DNA of 63,343 bases, filler included, from Hausera hauseri (GCA_046269625.1; 12 parts of 12 records of this genome joined end to end with filler, not necessarily neighbours in it), one strand, 5' to 3'. Shown: positions 23,870 through 36,596, counted from the whole stretch's first letter. The notes: generated from the letters alone by a model not told the origin. Made by a program: numbers and translations.

Positions 23870-25364
23870 ATTGATGCTATTACCATAGCATATCAGTATA
23901 TTATCGTATAATGACTGTCAATTACAGGTCGTAAATCTGAGGCTATAGGCCGAATATCCGATGGACATTTTCATTTTGGTAGAACCTTTTGTAAAATTTT
24001 GGCAGTAGTACACGAGTTTGGTTTGTTCTGTTTTTGATGAGATACACAAGCGCGACGAAAAAATAAACAAAAATGCACCCATTCACCGGCAATTATTAAC
24101 AAAAGGAACAATTTAAAATAATAACAATGTATGAATTGAATCCAACTGTTAGGCACAACATCACCCCCCGTGGTGAAATATGGACTATACAGATAAGGTG
24201 AAATGCGGACTGAAAATGATGAAGTAGATGGTTTCTATTGCATTATTCAGTTTTTGTATGAACCAGGCGTTGAATACCTTCATTATTTTATTCTTTACTG
24301 TACTTACTGAAAGTAACAGTTTTGTGCAATCTCTGCTTTAGTCTCAAACTGCTGAAATTCTTTGGAAGAAAAGATATTATAATCTGTCGCGTTATATGTT
24401 GTGTCTTGTTGAAATAAACTCGGAGAAGGAAAACTAGTTGTTCGTAAGAAAGTGGGAGGAGAAAATGAAGGAGTGGTAGGGGTAGGAATAGTAGGTGGAG
24501 TGAATGTGTGAACAGAATCAGGAATAGGAGAAAATGTAGTAGAAGTAGAATCAGGAGTAGGAACAGAAGGAAATCTAGGAGTCGGAAAATTCGTCGAAGT
24601 TTCAGTTGGAGAGGTGTCATCCACAAAAAAGGCCGGTTTCACATTATTTATATGGACTGTTAGTTCTTTTCCATCTTTAAGGATTATAGCGTTGTGAGAA
24701 AATAGTTGAATTAGCTTATAAGGCCCGAGATACTGCGGTTGAAAGCCACACGGTGTTTGCTTACGCAGCCAAACGAACTGTGCAGAATACAAGTCGTAGG
24801 ATAAATATGTTTTATTGTTGTGTAATATTCTACAGAATAAGTCTTTACTGACTTCAATGAAACTGTCCTGTGCAGCTTTAATCTTTTCATCTGTAGGCGT
24901 ATTATCTAGTGCGGTTAACTCAAACAAGCAGCGAACAGGTGTTCCAAATAATGCTTTGGTAGGTGAGCATCCTGTGGAAGTGGATGGCGTGTTCCGCCAA
25001 CCGAGAAGAACCAGAGAAAGAAGAACAGTCCAATTACTGTTGGATTCAGCGAGAATTTCTAGCGACGTTTTCAGGGTTCTGTGAAATCTCTCAATAAGAC
25101 CGTTTGATTGTGGATAATAAGGCGTAGTATTTATATAACAAATTACCAATCTATTGGCGAGTGATTTAAATAGGTTGGACTCGAATTAGGGACCTTGGTC
25201 CGAAATGATAAATCTAAGTGAACCAAACCTGCTGATCCAAGTCGGCTATTGTGTCCGTGTTAGTGCTCCGTAGAGGGACAGCTTCTTGCCAACGTGAGGC
25301 GCGATCCATCATGGTCAAAATGAATTGATGACCGTTGTCAAGAGGAAGAGGACCGACGATATCT
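23870..25364 (-). mobile_element. Ty3/Gypsy family B copy 3: integrase, PPT (24161-24170) and 3' LTR (about 23870-24160)
   Basis: DIVGPLP, TTPYYPQSNGLIERFHRTLK, PQYLGPY; GGGGGGTGA|TGTTGTG on the minus strand. Distal LTR boundary is approximate. Confidence 0.88.
24304..25364 (-). pseudogene. pol: Integrase core, GPY/F region and Pro/Thr/Ser-rich tail
   Basis: ORF 24304-25149 plus frameshifted upstream part. Confidence 0.88.
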
Positions 25365-25464
25365 NNNNNNNNNNNNNNNNNNNNNNNNNNNNNNNNNNNN
25401 NNNNNNNNTTAATTAATTAANNNNNNNNNNNNNNNNNNNNNNNNNNNNNNNNNNNNNNNNNNNN
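25365..25464. other. Artificial contig-joining linker
   Basis: 44 N + TTAATTAATTAA + 44 N. Confidence 0.97.
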
Positions 25465-25578
25465 GATACACACCGTTATAAAGTGATACACACAAATACG
25501 TGTACTACATGGATTCAATGCCCAGATCATGCCATACAAAACCACCGTTAAGGACAACGGAAATTCTCCCCCACCAAT

Positions 25579-25757
25579 TTAATACCGCGGAGATTGATGG
25601 GCATTCGGCACCACCCCCCGGGGGGGCAAAAAGGCATATTTTGAAAAAAATGAGCTCGGAGATAGGAAATTAATACCGCGAAGGATAAAATGGGCATTCG
25701 GCAACACCGACCCCCCCCGGGGGTCGGGTGGTGCCGAATGCCCATTTTTACACTACT
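25579..25757. repeat. GC-rich direct repeat plus long hairpin, ending in ACTACT (possible transposon terminus)
   Basis: ttaataccgcg..atgggcattcggca twice; aaaatgggcattcggca...tgccgaatgcccatttt inverted pair at about 25687-25749. Confidence 0.75.
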
Positions 25758-26268
25758 AACCATTGTATAAGTACTTACAAATACAGCAAAATAATACATA
25801 TTTGTGATTAAATACTGTCAATAATCTTTTTCATTACAATACAAAAGAAAGCAGTAAATACAATTCCAATGATGAAATTAATACTTCGTATTCGTTTTCG
25901 TCTAATTTCAGCCTCGATACGTTTATCAAAGAGAGATCTGACTAGTAATTCAATATACTCTGGCCTGCTCATTATTCTCGTTTCTGTGAGCTCAGATAAA
26001 ACTGTACATCAAACACGTCCGGTCAGAATGTCATCGGTCAATCTCTGAATTTCACTTTTAATATACTCTTCCATTTAATTTACAGTAGTACTAGTAATAT
26101 TAATAAACGTTTATAATCAATTTAGGTGACATCTGGGACTGCAGTAAGGGACTAAGTTATGGTGTATTGTAGTTGAATTTATTTATTTATAACTGATATA
26201 TTTTTATTTGTTTTTAGTTTAACATTTACTTCAATTTGTTTACTTTTAAAAAATTTTCGCCATAGCCC

Positions 26269-26686
26269 ATGTATTGCATCTGACGCATAAATGAGAGTGG
26301 ACAATGCCACAAGGAAATGGCCAAATATTATTCAGTGGCCAAGGACACGTACCTGTGTCCCGTATGTTTTGTTCAAAACACATGCCCGTACGCCAATTTT
26401 TATGAGATGCACTAGCATCATCTCGGTCGGTTCACGAGGTCCAAGAAGACGATGCTTGTGCATTGCTCCACATACCCACGTTACTGTACTTGTAAGGTGC
26501 ATGACGTTGATGGTTGACAGTGCACTGGAGCAGTACTATAGTACAACGACAAAAACAACAACCACCACAACGGTGCACGGGAAACGGGCCTATTTATGTC
26601 TCGTTTGTTCTATAGTTGAGACGCAATTCAACTATGAACAATTTTACAACAACCATAAAGACCACTTGAACCAGTTTCAGAGGTAA
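26269..26686 (+). pseudogene. Unknown protein with two tandem Cys/His-rich repeats, directly upstream of polB
   Basis: MYCI*RINESGQCHKEMAKYY..YLCPVC..YANFYEMH*HHL and YCTCKVH..QC..YLCLVC..YEQFYNNHKDHL; homologue at 34563-34972. Confidence 0.65.
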
Positions 26687-26699
26687 AAAAGGAAATATA

Positions 26700-29600
26700 A
26701 TGGACGCAGCAAGAAGCAGCAGCAGGAAACGTCAAGCATTGCAAGCCTTGAGGAATACTTTTAAAACAACAGACATCAGAAACAGCAGCAGCAGCAGCAG
26801 GAACGTAAACCGCCCATTACTGTCAAGTACGACCTGAACAGATCGTACGTGGATATGAAGGTGGACATGTAGGCGAAAAGAGCAACACAATTTAAGGATG
26901 TACTCGCTAATGTGCGTAACCGGCTGGAATCAGAGGTGGTCAAATTCCAACATCACCACCACGGCAAAGTGCAATATTATGCATTTGCAGAATATGAAAA
27001 TCTTCAGGGTGACAGGAACCAATGGTACCTGTCACATCGAGCCGTACAATACTCTGAGAATTTTATTGCCGATGTAGGCGAAAAGCTTCACAAAAAATTG
27101 CCAACTACACAGAAAAAGGCACTGGTTGGAGAATTGTAAAGATTGTCACTCTCGGCTTTATTTTGATTAAGACGAGTGACATGATTTACCTGTCCGGACG
27201 TTCATTCATATCGACGCCAGAATCCTTGAAGCAGTCTGTGGCGGTAGAGAATGTACAAAATACTAAAGACGAAAATCGCTTTATTTACAGCATTCTTGTC
27301 ATATTGAAATATGATCAAGTGTCCAGACATCATGCAAATTGTCCAAAGCAGTACAGTATTTCTGTACGGGTTGGACTACGACAAGTGTTGGATGCCGATG
27401 AAAGTCAAAACAATTCCGGCTTTTAAACGGCGTAATCCGACACTGGCAATTAACGTGCTCCGGTTTAACACAATCGTACAGATACAGGTGGATGAGGAAA
27501 TTTACAAGAATCCTCAAGTGGACATAATTTTCCTCAGTCTAAATCCAATTGGACGCCTAGTAAATTTGTTGCTGTTGGAGAATGAGGAAAAGTTTCATTA
27601 CATGGTCGTGACCAATTTAGACAGATTGTTGAACATGGGGCATGACCAGTTCATCAAAAACCGTATACAGTGCAAATGGTGTCCCGTGTATCTGCATGGA
27701 TTCCGGTCAAATGAGACATGGGAAAAGCATGTGGTGCTGTGCAGGCAAACTTCGTCAGGAACCACAATGTATGTTATGTCAGTCAAAAAGGAGTTGAAGT
27801 TCAGTGCCTGATCAAAAAAGGACAGTCCTGCACATGTGGTGTATGCTGATATGGAAGCAATTCTACCACGGCACAATGTATACGATCAAAAGCACGTTCC
27901 GATTGCCGTCGGTATGTTGCTAGTATTAATAGAAGCCGCTGTATTACGTTTTCCGTGGTTACAACTATATACGTGATTTCTGCAGCAGTTGGAAACCATA
28001 GTGGAAACGGAAACCGTTGCTCTTCGCTGTCACCGATGAATGCTATTTGTGCCACAAAATAATACCGTTTGTGCACAAGAACGGCTCGTGCCGGATCGCG
28101 ACCATTTCACCGGTCGATACTAGGGAGCAGCATGCAATTCATGCAATTTAGCAAGGCGAAGCGACCATTCCGGCCGGTAATCTTTCATAATTTCCGAGGT
28201 TATGACTGTCAACATATTCTTAAGTGGGCCATTAACGGCTTTCCGCACTAAGACCTGTCCATAATCCCAACGACAACGGAGCAATACATATTTCTGTCAA
28301 CACGAGTAAACCGATACCGGGTACGCTTCTTTGATTCATTGCAATTTCCCAATGAATCATTGGCAAAGCTGGTAAATACCTTGCCAGATGTGCCGATAGC
28401 ACTGACGCAGTTCCCCACACATATTGTACGCAGCAAATGTATATTTCCATACGACTTTGCAACATCATATGAGCGACTCCAGACAGCAGAGGAATTACTG
28501 CCGCGATGGACAGGCGTTACAGAACTTAAATATCAAAGAGCACAAGAATCTTGGATAGAGCTCGGGTATAGAAACATGTTGGATTACATGCTCCAGTATC
28601 TTAAACTGGGCGTGTACTCATTAGCTGACGTGTTTCAAGCATTTCAAACCAAAGCGCTGGCGGAAGATAGGTTGGAGCCACTAAAATTTTATTCCATGCC
28701 GGGAATTAGTCGCTGGATCGAGACGCTGAGCTGCTACAAGGCCCGGAAATGTATCGAATGTTTGATGTTAGTATTCGCGGAAGCATGACATTTGTCAAAA
28801 AGCATCAGGTCAGTGCTACCAATATCACATAACTGCTGTATATTGATATTAATAACCTGTAAGGCTAGACGCTTTCGCAACCCTTGTCATACGGTTCGTT
28901 TGAATGAGCAGTCGACAGACAAGATATGGACGACACAATGATCAACCTACCACGAGCAGACATGGCACACTCAGTCGAATACCTGATTGAGGTCGATCTC
29001 GAGATACCAGATGAGTTGCATGATGTTTTGGACGATTTACTGGTCGCACCATTTGACCAATGCCCGCCAGGCTCAAAAGTGAAGAAACTGCTCATGACGA
29101 ATGAACCGAAGCTGAATTACGTGGACTATTGGCGTCTGCTACAGTTCTACATGCAGCTCGGTGTACGCGTCACACAGCTGCATCGTGCAATTCGATTTAC
29201 TCAGGCTCCAATTTTCAAAACGTACATAGAAGGAAATTCGGAGAAACGAGCTACAGCGTGTACAAAGTTCAAAAAGGACTACTACAAGCTGAAAAACAAT
29301 TCCCTGTACGGACAAACCGTAGAAAATTTGAAAAAGCGGTTCAATGTGTATCTATGTAACTCAGAAAAGAGGCTGATTAAGTATACCAGCAAGGCACAGT
29401 TTCGGCGGTCAATGCATATTGCCGATGGATTGGTTGCGTTGCTATTAAACAGGAAAGAAGTCGTTCTGGATCGGCCAAGTTACATCGAGCAAGTAGTATT
29501 GGACATGAGTAAGTTGCGGATGTATGAGCTGCAGTATCGCGACTTGGCCCGTTACCGGCAAATGTTTGACGGTGCAATATTGACATAATTGCCGGTGACA

Positions 29601-30086
29601 CATACAGTTTTATTCTGAGGCTGAAAAACGTCAATCGGGAACAGCTACAGCAGCAAATGCAGTCAAATGGATTATTGAACACATCTAACTACTCATCGGA
29701 TCATCCGTTGTACAGCAGTGCGATCACCAATAAAATCTGCTGCTTCAAGGATGAAAGTGAATGTCGTATCCAGAATCGGGAATGGATATTCCTACGCCCA
29801 AAGTGCTACAGCCGTCTGATGGCCTGAGGACCGAAAATTCGGGCAAAAGGAGACGAAATGAGACAGGCAGAAATCGGCCACGGAGATTATCGCCGTATGT
29901 ATAAAGCAGCAGCAACAGCAGCAGCAGAAGGAGGACAATCAGTGGCTGTTGTGTCTCATACGGTCATTAGATCAACTGAGCACCAGATGTATACAATAAC
30001 TAGTGCGAAAGTCGCTTTGTCATAATAAGCGAAAGTGATTGGGACGAAATAAGATTTGGGCGTATGGACATTGGAGGTTGAAATAA
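26700..30086 (+). pseudogene. polB: Protein-primed family B DNA polymerase of Polinton/Maverick/adintovirus type, with endonuclease VII-like insert; many stops and frameshifts
   Basis: VVYADMEAIL (ExoI), DRDHFTGRY*GAACNSCNL (EndoVII-like), PVIFHNFRGYD (ExoII), RFFDSLQF, FPYD, LADVF, YIDINNL*G, KLKNNSLYGQTVEN, GDTYSFI, LRPKCYS, C-terminal AYGH. Confidence 0.9.
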
Positions 30087-30332
30087 AACACGTTCAGTGG
30101 TGTCAGATCAGATCAGTTACAGACAATTCAATCTGGTCTGGATTTTGTGACAATTATTGACAAATATCTTTTGTACATTGTTTTATTTCAATGTTAATAA
30201 TGTACTTTGCTCAGTGTCTTTTGTGTTTTGTTTTCGGTTACTTATTTAAATTATTCTTATTAAGTAAGATATAAGTAAATGTAAAACAATGACCTTGTAC
30301 GAGAAAAAAAAATATGTGACATGCATACATTT

Positions 30333-30432
30333 NNNNNNNNNNNNNNNNNNNNNNNNNNNNNNNNNNNNNNNNNNNNTTAATTAATTAANNNNNNNNNNNN
30401 NNNNNNNNNNNNNNNNNNNNNNNNNNNNNNNN
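30333..30432. other. Artificial contig-joining linker
   Basis: 44 N + TTAATTAATTAA + 44 N. Confidence 0.97.
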
Positions 30433-30680
30433 ACATTGATGTCAGTGAGCCACAAATATTCTTCTAACGAGGAAGCATCCAGAAAAATCTGGGTTGAGTG
30501 TTCATACTGTCGCGCGGCAACAGGATCCGGCGCAAGAGGCCGGTACGGATCGAGGCCTGGGACGTCATTAAAGCGATGACAGGCGCCCGACGTCGTCCAA
30601 CCAACCGGCCTCGGGGCGTGCAAACGGTGGGCACCACAGTCACGATTTGCTAATTTCACGAATTCTTGTTTAAGATTCGC

Positions 30681-32851
30681 TTAATATACGGGGCATTCCA
30701 ATTCCTCTTCTTCTTTGTCGTCTAGGTCAACATCTGTCACAACTTTGATCCTCTCGAATATTAGACCATTTCGATTCTGATACAAGTATCCATATATCTT
30801 CTTTTGAACAGGGTCTATCGAACTCTTTTTTAGGTCGTCATTTACCGCGACGAACGTCCATTCAGTAATACTGTGTCTATCTAGGTCAGGGATTTCAGCT
30901 GCTTTCAGATATCTTTGATACTGCCTCTTAAGCCGAAGTTTTACATATGTATCAACATGTAAGTTAGTCACTGGGTTGCGGGTTTATAACAGAACACTGG
31001 GGGAAAATATTTTCCGATTTCGAAATTTTCCCATTCTTAAGCGTTTTCGTGCATTTCCCTTTTCTGTACTGTTTTGACATAAAATAGAGCCTCTTTTATT
31101 TTCTGGTGTCTACAATATTCTGGCATCATTAACATGTTGGGATATTTTTCTTTTTTGTCAATATCTTTTAACATCGTTTTTGTTTCGATTGGTGTCTTCT
31201 TCTCTCCTCACAAAACACTAACTTCGGTCATTCTTTCCTTGTTACTTGGAGTACTTGTGGCTTTTTCTAGGTTCGTTTTGTCATTTGGAGAGTTTCTTTC
31301 CTTTTTCCTTTTGCATTTGTCTTTTCTTCAGATGAGGTAGTTGAAGAGGGTCTTCCGTTTCTTTTCTTTGAGAGGTTCATCAACCTTCAGTTCCTTTGGT
31401 TTTGATTCCTGTTGAGTTCTTTTGACTTTCCTTGTTTTCTTTGGAATTTCTGGTATTTTGAATTGCTGTTTTTCTGACACGCGACTTATTGGAATCTCTA
31501 AAGTGAATCCATAGCTGATGCTTGGCCTATTTATTCCTACTGGTATAGTCCTTGAATTGTCGAACTGTTTTAGTTCCATCCGTGTGGGAATGGTAACTTG
31601 GAAATTGTTTCCCTCAATGGGATTAATATTTCGTATTGAGGAATGAGCACGGTAATTTCTTCGGTGTTTAAGGTTCAACGTTTCTGGGTTAGTTGTGCTT
31701 CGAAGATTTTTTGTCGAATTTTCTGGTAACCATTCATGGTTCCATTTTAACGTTACGTAGATATCTCTGAGATATTGGCTGCGTTGTCCTGCTGATAACA
31801 GCTTCTGTATACGGAAGTATTTACCGCTCATGACTTCTAGAATAAGTTTAAATCGGATGTCGACAGTTAGTGGCAAACAGCCGTTTCTTTGTTATAGTGT
31901 GACTCCTATTGGTTTGGTAACTAATGGGTGTATCTCCATCTCGCGTATTCCTGCTCTGTTCGCGAATCTAATGCCCATCTTCTCTATCATTTTCTGGACT
32001 CGATATCCAGCAATTATGTACCAGTATACGGAATGATGTATTTCTTCGTTAAGTATCTTCATATGTCTCCCTTCGATGAGATTTGCCATTTTTATTGCGG
32101 TAAGGTCTGGAAAAGTTTCCTTGACATTTTTCCCAGGTGCAATAATTTTGGAAAGTGTTTCGGTTCCGTTTATTTCTTGGATTGAAATTTCAATGGGAAC
32201 ATCGGAGCCTTCTTCGTCTTCTTCATAGTTTATCGCCATTATATGGACGTTTGGTCTATCTTGAACTAGCCGGTATGATCCTAGATGTTGTTCGACATCT
32301 TTTGTGATGGCAGTTGTTGATATTGTAGAGGAGGGCAAGATGACGAAAGGTATATCTTCGTACGTATTTTCAAACATAATTTTTGTTGGAATTGTATTAG
32401 TCTGATACTCTAGTTCGTACTTGTACAAACTACCACTGCACAGACTAAAGGTGTTAAATTTCCATTGTCTGCCTTGATTCAGGTCCCAAGACTGTCCGAC
32501 GATTCTATAATTAGTTCACCTTCTGCTGGGTGAATGCAAATTTGGTGGTAGGCTGTTTCGTAATTTATCAAACCCTTAAGTGCATGAGTACGAGCGTCTG
32601 AGTCACTTCTCATGGTATATAATCGGATAGTTCGACTCTCCTCTATAGTCCCTTTTAGCCCGTTTGATACTTTTATTTACTTTGATAATTTTCAAAAATG
32701 TTTTATTCTTTCACTGTATGTTAATCTTTCGGTATAAGTATTTGGAATTTTGCATTATTTCTGTTACATGTTCTCGGAAAAATTCTTCAATGTTGTGTCT
32801 CCTCTTCTGGTCTGAACTGATGATTTCGGCTTTTCCGCAATACTTACACTT
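30681..32851 (-). pseudogene. Long extra ORF ('ORF3') downstream of a Gypsy integrase, unknown function
   Basis: Chain of same-strand ORFs (32428-31892, 31876-31328, 30971-30681) plus upstream open stretches, preceded by a splice-acceptor-like site at 32852-32880. Confidence 0.5.
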
Positions 32852-33499
32852 CTAAAAATAAGGAAATAAAGGTTAATCCTAAAACAGACCATTATTTTTA
32901 AGTAAAAGCAATTCTCTGTTTGATGATGGAATAGCCTGACCTGTAGTTGTCAGGTGATTACATCGTAGGTTTTCTCTTGGGACTTTCCTCCGATTACTCT
33001 TCGTTTTATTTTAAATGACAGTTTTGGCAACTAAGAAAATAATTACTATTAACATGATCAGAGCAAATGTTGACAAACTAAAAATTGACTACCGGTAAGG
33101 TTGCTAGTTCGGTCGATTTTTCCATAGTAACTATATTTTCTGTACTAGTCTATATGGTTCTACACACGTTTCTGCATGAATTTCGCTCAGTGGTCATAAT
33201 GTAAAAGTTTTATCTCTTGTCGTCTGCCGAAATTTGATTTACATAGTCGTGTTGCGGCCGTAACAATTATCTTTCGATTTCATGACTATCCTTTTTAATA
33301 TTATTATCTGATTGGTATGACATTCAATTTTAATATCGTAGTTTAATTTTTCGTCAACGAAGAACACAATTTCACACTGGTGCGAGGGTTCTTTTCACCT
33401 AAGATATTGGTCTGGCCATTATTGAAGAAGTTTTCATTTTTCTTCTGCTCCGATTCTGACTTCTGTTATTAGAGCGTAAATTTTAGGGACAGTTGGACC

Positions 33500-34170
33500 T
33501 TATTTCCGTTTTGACAACTCTGTAGTGACAATTTCTTTTTTACCATTTTTTGTCAGTATAAGCTGTAGTAGGTGTGGTTCTGATAACTTTGTAATGTCCT
33601 CTTCCAGTACGAGTAAGTTTAGCGATGTGTCTTTCTTGGCGACTGGGTAGTATACATAAACCCGATTTCCTTTATCTAAATCGTGCGGTTTAGTTTTCTT
33701 ATCATACTGCATTTTATAGTGTTCTTGATATTCCTGGGATAATTCTTTTGCAATTTCCCAACACTTTTGTAATCTTGCCTGTATTACTTCGACAAAGTCC
33801 TGCTCTAAGTCTTCAGGATTTATCGCATACGGTGTCATTCCTAAGTCCGTTGGTAATATGGCCTTTTTTCCATACATCATAAAGAATAGTGTGAAAGAAG
33901 TTGCAGGATTTGGTGTCTTGTTAATAGCAAATTAAGTGCCTTCTAAAAATTCATCCCAATCTTTTTGGTCTTTTACTACTACTGTTGATAAAATTCGCAT
34001 ACAGTTGAGTTCATTCGTTCAACCACTCCGCCACACTAAAGGCGAAATTCTGCCGTAGTTAATTATTCAATATCATATATTTTGGTGATTTTATCAAATG
34101 GTTCGTTCGAAAAATTCCTTCCCCGATCTGTCAAAATCTGTTCAGAAAGTCCATATCTGCAAATTTTTCT
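33500..34170 (-). pseudogene. pol: Ty3/Gypsy integrase core and C-terminal region, decayed
   Basis: RYGLSEQILTDRGRNF, GVVERMN, QKDWDEFL...FAIN, FFMMYGKKAILPTD, KMQYDKK....L..G.RV. Confidence 0.85.
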
Positions 34171-34462
34171 TACTACGGCTTCTTCAGAGAGAATTTTTGT
34201 TGATTTTATGTTAACTTTATATGTTAATTTGGTTTTGGTTTTCTGTATGATCTTTTAAAGACTTACATCAGCGTTACTTTTGCTGTATTTCAACTGTCGT
34301 ATACATGAAAAAGCTGGCGTGAAATACACAGTTATACTCGTGCATAATTATTCTTACAAGGAACAGTACCTTACTGCTAATCGAGGTTTTACAGTCCCAC
34401 AGGTTCCACAAGTGCAAAATTTTATGTTGATTAATAATATGAAAAATATATTTGCAAACACA

Positions 34463-34562
34463 NNNNNNNNNNNNNNNNNNNNNNNNNNNNNNNNNNNNNN
34501 NNNNNNTTAATTAATTAANNNNNNNNNNNNNNNNNNNNNNNNNNNNNNNNNNNNNNNNNNNN
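34463..34562. other. Artificial contig-joining linker
   Basis: 44 N + TTAATTAATTAA + 44 N. Confidence 0.97.
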
Positions 34563-34972
34563 TCCTGGGCAAATATAATAGAGGATCCTATTGAATTTGT
34601 GGCCATAATAGCTCCTCATGGTATTGTGGCAATTCTCAGAGTTATGTATTGTACATGTGCAATACACATATGAATTGCACTTTTGGTTTTTCTTTGACAC
34701 AAAAGACGTTATTGGCATTGTTGTTTTGACTTGACGAAGGATATCAAGTGCTGTTTATGGACATTGTAAAATTCCTCGTACCTTGTCCTGCACAATACCT
34801 CACATGTAGAGCATATATAATACTGAACCCTGTTGAACATATTCCCAAAGTATTTCATCATAGTATTATGGCAAATTTCCGACTCATGGATTGGAACCAA
34901 GCACTCTCTGTAAAGTTTGTACATCTAAACAAAACAATTATTGGATAAACACAAATAGGAAAAACTTACCAT
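34563..34972 (-). CDS. Second locus of the tandem Cys/His-repeat protein; ATG separated by a 45-nt intron (34925-34969)
   Basis: ECLVPIHESEICHNTMMKYF..YYICSTC..YEEFYNVHKQHL, then YCTCTIHNSENCHNTMRSYY..YYICP; ATG|GTAAGT...TTTAG. Confidence 0.65.
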
Positions 34973-36579
34973 TTCGCAGAATTGAATTTGGAAATAATGA
35001 AAAATATAGTTATGTCAACTTAAACTGTCTAATTTTGATAATTGATGCAGTAAAGCAAAATAAATTTAAAAAAATTAATGGTTGGGTAAATTTGGCACTG
35101 CATATTGTATTGTCAATATCACACGTTTGTTTTAACGCATCACATGATTTAAATATACGGCGGCGCCACATTCTAATAGGTTTTCATATATGCGGAATCG
35201 ACTAAAGCCATCAGATTCTTTGAATAATGCTTACTTGACCGAATATTTGAGTTCAATTCGATATTTCTTCGAGTTCAAATAATTTTTCCCATCATCTGAC
35301 ATCAGATTCGGATTATCCACATAGGCTTTCCTATCCATGTACGCTTAAAGAATTATTGATTTCAGTGTGCTTCACCTTCAAAATCACCTCAATTTCTTCA
35401 TAAATATAAGAATTACTTTGCATTTATTGAGCAATTTTAGCATATTGAAAAAACCTTGTTTTTTATACACTGCACCGCACTAATATTCATTGCCATATAG
35501 ATTTTCGACAATGGGGAATCGAATGATGTCATTCGAATTGGCCGAGTTTTCGAGTTCGAATAGCCACGTATTCGACTTGTAAGCTCGAATTCGATTATAT
35601 AACACCATATTCCAGTTCCACATGCATAACTTCCTATCCAATTCCCGCTATTAGATTTATCGATTTCCTCTTCATTGGGCTTCAAATGCACATTTTGCAT
35701 ATTTCAAAATATTGATTTTATGCCTATATAGTATATTTTCATGGAATAATTTTTATGCACATGGGGGATTTCGAATATGAAGAATCGATTCCGCCGTTAG
35801 ATTTTTCGAAAAGTTTGATATTCGATATTCGAGCCAAAAAAATTTCGAATTTTGAGTTTTTGACTCGAGATTCGAGTTCGACATTGTCGATTTCCTATCT
35901 GTCTCCACTGAATGTTATATCGAATTTTGCTTTCTTAGAGCTTAAAAGCATAGGCTACATCGCCCATTTTTGCACGTTGTATCGATATTAATCGACAATT
36001 AATCAATAAATTAAAATTATAACTGCACGTTCACATACCACATCACGTTTCATTTCGAATGCATTGGGTCAAATGTACCAATCATCCATATGGGATTTAT
36101 CGGAAATTAAATATTATTGATTTTTGCACACATGCACACATGTTTTTGCACTGTACAGTACATATCAAGATGCATCTCGATGTGCTCTATCCATCTGCAC
36201 TTAACTCCGATCAATTCCATCACTGTTACGCTGCACAAACGCAAAAGTGTGCAAAGTGCAAAAGTGCCCTGGCAACCGTATCCAACAGCACACCACACTC
36301 GAGTTGTGCAATAAACCATATTACATAACGCACTGCACTTGAAAATATATGTGCCATTTTGATATTATTGATTTAGAATTTATAGCGGAAGGGCCTGCGG
36401 CGGTTCGGTCCCACTTGCGAATTATTCGAAAACCAATCAATCGATTTAAATTCTATCGTTACATTCACATAGCCAGTCATGTGCGCTACCGATTTCACCC
36501 GGTTCCGAGATATTCCTAAATTCACGTGTAACTATTGTTACATTGGGAAGTTGTCTATGGGCCCACAAACTAAAACATT

Positions 36580-36596
36580 TGGCGACCTTGCAGGAC
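36580..36596 (+). promoter_or_regulatory. Primer-binding site, probably tRNA-Arg type
   Basis: AAACA-TT-TGGCGACCTTGCAGGAC; the tRNA identity is inferred from typical tRNA-Arg 3' ends (...CCUG..AAGGUCGCCA). Confidence 0.6.

Noticed and set aside
15374-25364. Copy 2 and copy 3 as halves of one element (both break at the integrase IDIVGP motif)
   Set aside because: The overlapping bases differ (gacatc vs gatatc), and the copy 3 end closely matches copy 4, so a repeat-induced assembly break is more likely.
26783-26800. (CAG)n tracts in polB (also about 29906-29926) as functional polyQ/polyA
   Set aside because: Short microsatellites in a decayed gene, with no evidence of function.
30681-32851. 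Calling the post-integrase ORF an env gene
   Set aside because: No signal peptide or transmembrane helix visible.
35200-36000. Dense TCGA/TTCGAA palindromic words, possible MITE
   Set aside because: No termini or target-site duplication could be defined by eye.
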